A stretch of 64,000 bases of DNA, taken from Takakia lepidozioides (lineage: Eukaryota > Plantae > Bryophyta). Position numbers and translations under genes: made by a program. Positions within the stretch are counted from its first letter, which is position 1. Each line of letters starts with the position of its first letter. This document shows, one piece after another, positions 61,961-64,000 of the stretch. The notes beneath the pieces were generated by a model that did no database searches, had not been told where the DNA came from, and was given only the letters and a program-made list of their open reading frames with translations. The stretch spans positions 77,004,001 through 77,068,000 of the forward strand of contig CM060732.1 of the NCBI GenBank assembly GCA_030704615.1, read 5' to 3'.

Positions 61961-64000
61961 TGCATGCTTGACTGTGCGCCATGTTGGTTTTGTGTGGGCG
62001 CTTGCTTTCATAGGGATTAGGCCGGATTTGATCACCGGTCAATCCTAGAGTATGCTGTCGGTGGTGAGGCTGGAGTGATGACCAGCAAGACCACCAGTGT
62101 TTCTTCTATGGTGAGGCTGGGTTGATGACCAGCCAACCATAGGAGTTCTTGCGGTGGATGCAGGTGCAGGTGCCCTGAGCCATTGGGATATGACCCTTAA
62201 ACTGCAACAGGTGCCCACCCGTGTCACTATTAGATTAGTACTAGAGCCTTATAGTGTCACGTGGAGGAGGTGCACATTGTGAGTGTCATTACGGAGTTAC
62301 CCAAGGGTTTTGAGGGGAGTACGGCTACAGGCAGTAACAGTGAGAGTGGGTTCACAAGACGAGGTATTCGGTTCAGACCACCTTCACCGCCACCCTCAAT
62401 TACTGTAGAGTCAGACACAGACTCGGAGGCTTCATCAACAGGTGTGCACTTTCATTCGCCATTGTTGTGGGACGACATGGAGGAGATGTATGGAGCTACC
62501 AAGGGGCCTCGTAGGTACTCTGGAGCTGTGGGCACAATCGAGTTGGATGACTTTATCCAGGAGTTCGACAGCTGGTGTGATTTGCAGCAGATGCGCAATC
62601 CACAGCTATTCACCCCATTCATGGCGTGGAAGGGACTGTTCCAGCATTTGGAAGGCCCGCCTATGGACGATTACCACGAGTTCAGGCGAGGACATGAAGC
62701 AGAGATTGAGGAGTGGAGGATGTATTGGTCACCTGACTACGTCTCCATTACTCGAGGCACGACGCGACCAGTAGCTGCATCAGTACCAATAGCTCCCACT
62801 GCCAGCACTAGTAGTGGAGCAAGTAGTGCTGGTACTTCTGCAGGTGGTACCAGTTCAAAAGGTGCTACTACTCCTCCTGCCACAACTACAACACATGTGC
62901 CTAGATTCAACCCGGTGGTGGAGTTCTTCCAGGAGTTGCGGAGGAACTACCAAGGTGTACGGACAGAGAAGCTGCGAAGTTTGCAAGACTTCCAGCGCAA
63001 ACCCAGTGAGAGCCTGCGAGAGGCGTACACTCGTATGAGGCGCTTGATAAGTGTGACCCAAGGGGTTACTGAAGCTCAGGCAATCCAGTTTTGGTATGGA
63101 ATTCTGGACAAGGAGCTCAAGAGAAGGGTGCGAGATGCAACCCTGTTACAAGCAGCCCAACCCACATTAGCAGATGTGTTTCTGCTGGCTGAGCGGATTG
63201 AGCTCAACATGGTGGAGGAGCGAGTTGTTACAATTGGATTTGGCAAGGACATGCCTGTACGGGGCACAGCTGTCAGCCCACAAGCACAAGGGACTGCCCA
63301 ACAGCGTGGTCAGGGGGGCAAGGTTGCCCAGCCCAAGTTCCATGGAGCTTACAGGGGACCTCAGGTGCAGAGGCCCGTGGCATCTTTTGCAGGCCAACAG
63401 CAACCAGGGGTGATATGTTGGACATGTGGAGGACCCCATGTCAAGAGAGATTGCCCAGAGAGTGGCAGAAGGCCGGCACAAGCACAGCCTGCACAGTTGC
63501 AGTGTGGGCATTGTGGCAAGTATGGGCATGGAGATGCCCAGTGTTATGACTTGCATCCTGAGTTGCGCCCAGGCCAGTTCCAAGGGAACAATGGTGGCCG
63601 GGGCGAGGTGGACCAGCCCAGAGAGGACGAGGTGGTCGGGCACGAGGTGCAGGCCAAGGGCAAGCTCAACATGGCCAAGGACGCGGAGGTCAGGGTGTTG
63701 ACCAAGGCATGGCCAACCGGCTTCAGCAGCTAGAGCAGAGGCTCGCTGCCATGGCTATATCAGCTCGGGGTACCGGCTCCCAGGCGGGATGGTCCACCTC
63801 CTGCTCCTGAGGGAGGAGATATGGGAGGCATGGGATTTATGTGCGGAGCAGCACTACCACTAGAGCAGGTGGAGTCTGCTGCAGCCGTGACTCGAGGAGC
63901 AGCACGAGTTCCTGAGCCACGAGGTGCAGAGGTGGAATTGGATCCACAGCGTGGGGAGGCAAGCCGTCAGGCAAGGCTTCCTCAGTCATTCACATTGGCG
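61961..64000 (+). mobile_element. Retroelement family B copy 2 (leader + gag, running off the window; may extend upstream to ~58 kb)
   Basis: Homologous to the reverse complement of ~3750-5799. Confidence 0.8.
62261..63733 (+). CDS. gag: Gag of family B (frameshift near 63590-63600)
   Basis: FQRKPSESLREAYTRM; knuckles CWTCGGPHVKRDC and CGHCGKYGHGDAQC; a small deletion relative to the - strand copy shifts the frame. Confidence 0.82.
   Translation: MEEVHIVSVITELPKGFEGSTATGSNSESGFTRRGIRFRPPSPPPSITVESDTDSEASSTGVHFHSPLLWDDMEEMYGATKGPRRYSGAVGTIELDDFIQEFDSWCDLQQMRNPQLFTPFMAWKGLFQHLEGPPMDDYHEFRRGHEAEIEEWRMYWSPDYVSITRGTTRPVAASVPIAPTASTSSGASSAGTSAGGTSSKGATTPPATTTTHVPRFNPVVEFFQELRRNYQGVRTEKLRSLQDFQRKPSESLREAYTRMRRLISVTQGVTEAQAIQFWYGILDKELKRRVRDATLLQAAQPTLADVFLLAERIELNMVEERVVTIGFGKDMPVRGTAVSPQAQGTAQQRGQGGKVAQPKFHGAYRGPQVQRPVASFAGQQQPGVICWTCGGPHVKRDCPESGRRPAQAQPAQLQCGHCGKYGHGDAQCYDLHPELRPGQFQGNNGGRGEVDQPREDEVVGHEVQAKGKLNMAKDAEVRVLTKAWPTGFSS

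Overview
Eukaryotic plant-type DNA with spliceosomal GT-AG introns. It is most likely from a non-seed land plant such as a bryophyte; this is inferred from a moss/liverwort-type front-end desaturase next to TAA/TAR and NUDX14 homologues. Bases 1-30 kb are a nested transposon cluster. It holds three partial copies and one solo LTR of an Athila/Tat-like Ty3/gypsy family that carries two extra ORFs after pol and ~10-bp-phased CACAG arrays. It also holds a decayed gag-protease retroelement, two copies of a non-coding TGT...ACA element (one with a clean 4-bp TSD; Ginger/GingerRoot-like), the 3' end of an RLE-type (Dualen/RandI-like) LINE with a densely structured tail, and a near-complete L1-type LINE with an internal RT inversion. 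Bases 38-57 kb are a + strand gene block: an intact 5-exon cytochrome-b5-fused delta-6-type desaturase, a frameshifted DPB4/POLE3 exon, an intact 2-exon orphan gene (predicted mitochondrial presequence, 42-bp-repeat coiled coil, YxxLSxxIH domain), and NUDX14 and TAA/TAR pseudogenes, plus two hAT MITEs with 8-bp TSDs. The window ends in a second copy of the gag-protease element, preceded by an unknown ORF and a hairpin cluster. All calls come from reading the sequence by eye; no searches were run.
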